Assembly (NCBI GenBank): GCA_045105515.1
Contig: JBGCDR010000341.1
Coordinates: 1 to 19,200, forward strand
Direction of reading: 5' to 3'
Origin: Oligoflexales bacterium
GTDB lineage: Bacteria > Bdellovibrionota_B > Oligoflexia > Oligoflexales > Bog-1112
Length of the DNA: 19,200 nt
Part shown: piece after piece, positions 16,470 to 19,200 of the stretch
Position numbering within the stretch: position 1 is the stretch's first letter
How the letters are laid out: each line of letters starts with the position of its first letter
Made by a program: the position numbers and the translations under genes
The notes under the pieces: model-generated
What the model saw: the letters and a program-made list of their open reading frames with translations, nothing else
What the model was told of the DNA's origin: nothing
Databases searched by the model: none

Positions 16470-18542
16470 ATGAAAATTTATAGATTTGCCGTTTTATTTT
16501 TCCTCTTAGTTCCAGCTGTTTACTCCTGCAATAAGAAGAAAGAAAAAGCAGCAGTGACTGAAGTCGGTGAGAGTCTTGAAAATGGTATTGAAAACGGTGG
16601 GGTGCCGGCTTCAAGCACTGAATCTACAGAAACAGAGGGCATTGACCAGACTAGTTTCAGTTCAACTGAGGAATTATTGGCCCAAGCTAGTCTTTTGTAT
16701 GCTGAACATTGTATGACTTGCCATAATACCCTTGAGGCTACTGATAAGAAAGGACGAGATGCAGAACAGATTCGCTCTGCAATAGAGCTTATAGACCAGA
16801 TGAATCATTTATCTTTTCTTTCTGAGATAAGAGTCGGTGATATGGATGTGATTGATGCAATTGCCTCCGCGTTAAGGGTAGATGAGCAGGCTCCTCAGTT
16901 AGAGCAAAGTGAGGACGGAAGGCTACAATTTACCTGCGAAGAGAACACCTATGGAAAAAATCCGATGGCAAAGCTTACCAATCGGGAGTTTAAAAACACA
17001 GTCTCAGCAATTTTGGATACATTCGATGCAAACCTAAAAGAAGATACAGATTTGCAAGGCTTGCTTGCTCTAATGCCTTCTGATGTTGTTACTGTCCAAG
17101 GTGAAAGGGACCATGAACAGAGTTTTTTAATCTCTTCACAAATGGTTGATTCTCATCTTGGAATTGCCTTTCGAGCGGCCGAAATCTTGTCAGGGTCTCA
17201 AAATAGCTTGCAAGAATTTATGCAAGGGGATGCATGCCTTCAAGCTGCAGAATTAAGTCAAACTTGCTTGCAGGGATTTATTGAGGCTTTTGCTTCTTTA
17301 GCATTTAGACGACCAGTAACGAATGAACAAGTTGAACGGATATTATCTCAGGCTTGGGAGTCCAGTTTAGATGATACACAAAAGTTTTTGAAAGCGACTA
17401 CCACAATTCTAATGGCACCCGAGTTCCTTTACCTAGCATATGATAAGGGGCAATTTCTTGGTAGTAGTGTTGATACATTAGAAATGGATGCTTATTCCCT
17501 GAGTTCAAAGGTGGCCTATTTTCTAACTGGATTTCCACCTGATGAAGAACTTATGAACTTAGCTACAAATGGTGAGTTACTGAGGAATGAAATTTTAAGC
17601 GCACAAGTTGATCGTTTACTAGCTTTACCTATAGCTAAAGATCGTATCTCGAGATTTTTTCGCGAGGCCTATGGTTACGATCATTTTTCGGATTTTAGTT
17701 ATTCAGTAGATTTTTTAGCTGGAGTGAACAGTAATGGCTTACAAAACGCAATGGTTTCTGAGCTCGATGAATTTTTCTATTCAGAGGTGATTGAATCCAA
17801 TGCTTCCCTGGCAGATCTATTTACTTCCCGACAATCTAGATTTAATCACCAGGGACTTGCAAGTATTTATGGAGTGAGTTCAAACGATAATCCTGTAGAA
17901 CTCAATGCTAGAAGGTCAGGTTTTTTAAATAGAGCTGCATTTTTAGCAAAAAGGAGTGTTATCAATACCTCCCCCATTAAACGAGGGCAGAAAGTATTAG
18001 AAACAGTTCTTTGTGAAACCATTGGTGTACCCCCGGCAGATGCCCCTACTGACTTAAGTAAGTCAGCTGAAGGGGCTCTGTCTATTCGACAGGCTACAGA
18101 GATGACTTCCCAAGCTGAAGGAAGCTCCTGTGCCTTATGTCACAATCGGTTTAATCCACTAGGGTATGCCTTCGAACACTTTGACTCCCTAGGTAGATTT
18201 CGGGATATGGAAAGGCTTTTCAATGATGCTGGTGATTTTGTAAGTGATGCTGCGGTAAATACTGCAGATTCTTCAGATGAGGTCCATCCAGGACAAGCAG
18301 TCCTTTTTCAAAATTCAGCTGAATTGACAAGCGAGTTAGCGAACAGTGATCGTGCTGCAACTTGCCTTGTCAAGCATTTAAAAGAATTTGAATCAAGAAG
18401 AGCGGTAAGTCAAAGCGATAGCTGCCAAATGAACTCAATACTTGATGTAATCTATGGAGCTGAGGATGGTCAGCCAGGAAGTATAAAAGAAGCACTTAAA
18501 ACATTTGTTACTTCAGAGCAATTTAGAATCTGGAGCTTTTAA
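16470..18542 (+). CDS. DUF1592/DUF1588-family lipoprotein with an N-terminal cytochrome c domain
   Basis: ATG at 16470 behind GGAG; lipobox VYSC; CMTCH (16710-16724) and CALCH (18129-18143); KLTNREFKNTV, AFRRP, PEFLY, PPDEEL, SPIKRG and PLGYAFEHFDSLGRFR motifs. Confidence 0.9.
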   Translation: MKIYRFAVLFFLLVPAVYSCNKKKEKAAVTEVGESLENGIENGGVPASSTESTETEGIDQTSFSSTEELLAQASLLYAEHCMTCHNTLEATDKKGRDAEQIRSAIELIDQMNHLSFLSEIRVGDMDVIDAIASALRVDEQAPQLEQSEDGRLQFTCEENTYGKNPMAKLTNREFKNTVSAILDTFDANLKEDTDLQGLLALMPSDVVTVQGERDHEQSFLISSQMVDSHLGIAFRAAEILSGSQNSLQEFMQGDACLQAAELSQTCLQGFIEAFASLAFRRPVTNEQVERILSQAWESSLDDTQKFLKATTTILMAPEFLYLAYDKGQFLGSSVDTLEMDAYSLSSKVAYFLTGFPPDEELMNLATNGELLRNEILSAQVDRLLALPIAKDRISRFFREAYGYDHFSDFSYSVDFLAGVNSNGLQNAMVSELDEFFYSEVIESNASLADLFTSRQSRFNHQGLASIYGVSSNDNPVELNARRSGFLNRAAFLAKRSVINTSPIKRGQKVLETVLCETIGVPPADAPTDLSKSAEGALSIRQATEMTSQAEGSSCALCHNRFNPLGYAFEHFDSLGRFRDMERLFNDAGDFVSDAAVNTADSSDEVHPGQAVLFQNSAELTSELANSDRAATCLVKHLKEFESRRAVSQSDSCQMNSILDVIYGAEDGQPGSIKEALKTFVTSEQFRIWSF

Positions 18543-18556
18543 AAAGGGGACATCTG

Positions 18557-19075
18557 ATGGCAATATTTTTTGATAAAAAGAACAGAAGACAGTTTTTGCT
18601 TGGTAGTGGAAAAAGCATGCTACTTTTGCCAATGCTTCCAAGTATGCTGCCAAAAGAAGCAATAGCTCAGGCTGCAGAAGTACCCACTCGCTTAATGACT
18701 TTTTGGGTTAATCATAACAATCTTTTTTCAATGTGGATGAATCAAGGTCTTGCTACTCAGGATGTTGGTACGGATGGGATAAAAGAAGCGACTTTAAGTT
18801 CACTTAGCTCTATGGGTGATGTGAGTTCAGTGCTTAATGCGAACATCTACAATTCTTTGCGTATGTCGGATCAGCTGACTTTTGTCAGTGGTTATGATAG
18901 CCAAAGCGGATCAGCCCATGGCAATTTTGGATTGGCCTGTGGTGAAGGACGGTATTCTGAAGGTGGGTATCCTACATTTGACTCCGTAGTGGAAAGGTCT
19001 TCTATTTATCCAGAAGGGACTCCTCCAACAATCCAAAAAGCAATTCGTATTAGTCTTGGTGGTAGCTCCTACTGA
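18557..19075 (+). pseudogene. DUF1552-family protein, truncated at 172 aa
   Basis: Tat-like NRRQFLLG...LLLPMLPSM N-terminus, PTRL motif, typical position after a DUF1592 gene. Family members are usually more than 400 aa, and all three + frames close within about 85 nt after 19072. Confidence 0.65.
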
Positions 19076-19200
19076 AATCTTGGGTAACTTATTGAGTTGA
19101 AAGACAAAACAAACCCCTGTATTTCCCATCCACTTATAATTCCAAGAAATACCTAACCGCGTATCTAAAATCTCAATAGTCCAAAAAATATTTTCCATTA
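19072..19200. mobile_element. Possible insertion-sequence end interrupting the DUF1552 gene
   Basis: The coding pattern stops abruptly at CTGAAATCTTGGGTAACTT, which supplies the premature TGA. CTG-initiated ends recall IS4-like DDE elements. No transposase or second end lies in the window. Confidence 0.3.

Noticed and set aside
18911..19198. 95-aa minus-strand ORF as a real gene
   Set aside because: More than half is antisense to DUF1552 and no motif is recognisable; only the part beyond 19072 could belong to an inserted element.
1..19200. CRISPR array, tRNA or rRNA genes
   Set aside because: No regularly spaced repeats, cloverleaf signatures or rRNA-like sequence were seen in the intergenic regions.

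Overview
AT-rich bacterial DNA. The TIGR02147-type regulator, DUF1592/DUF1552 pair and many lipoproteins suggest an Oligoflexia/Bdellovibrionota-like organism (inference only). From left to right: (1) a small secreted protein behind a sigma54-like promoter; (2) a + strand four-gene cluster of an FMN-binding glutamate-synthase-like protein, a DoxX protein, a ThDP enzyme of the acetolactate-synthase-like family and an aldehyde dehydrogenase, which may be a 2-oxoglutarate to succinic semialdehyde to succinate bypass; (3) a - strand five-gene cluster HupE/UreJ, DUF6488, stand-alone RnfD/NqrB-like protein, DUF2330 and YceI, preceded by a perfect FNR-type box; (4) an orphan signal-peptide protein with a Pol-beta-type nucleotidyltransferase motif set, an NLS-like basic patch and repeated S/T-P-x-K/R motifs, a candidate secreted effector; (5) two divergently oriented paralogous Cys-rich EF-hand lipoproteins flanking a TIGR02147 regulator, with three ATCTATACA copies in the shared promoter region; (6) a small hypothetical gene with a sigma28-like promoter; (7) a di-heme DUF1592/DUF1588 lipoprotein followed by a DUF1552 gene cut short near the window end, possibly by an IS end. 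No rRNA, tRNA or CRISPR array was seen. All family calls are by eye from motifs; no searches were run.
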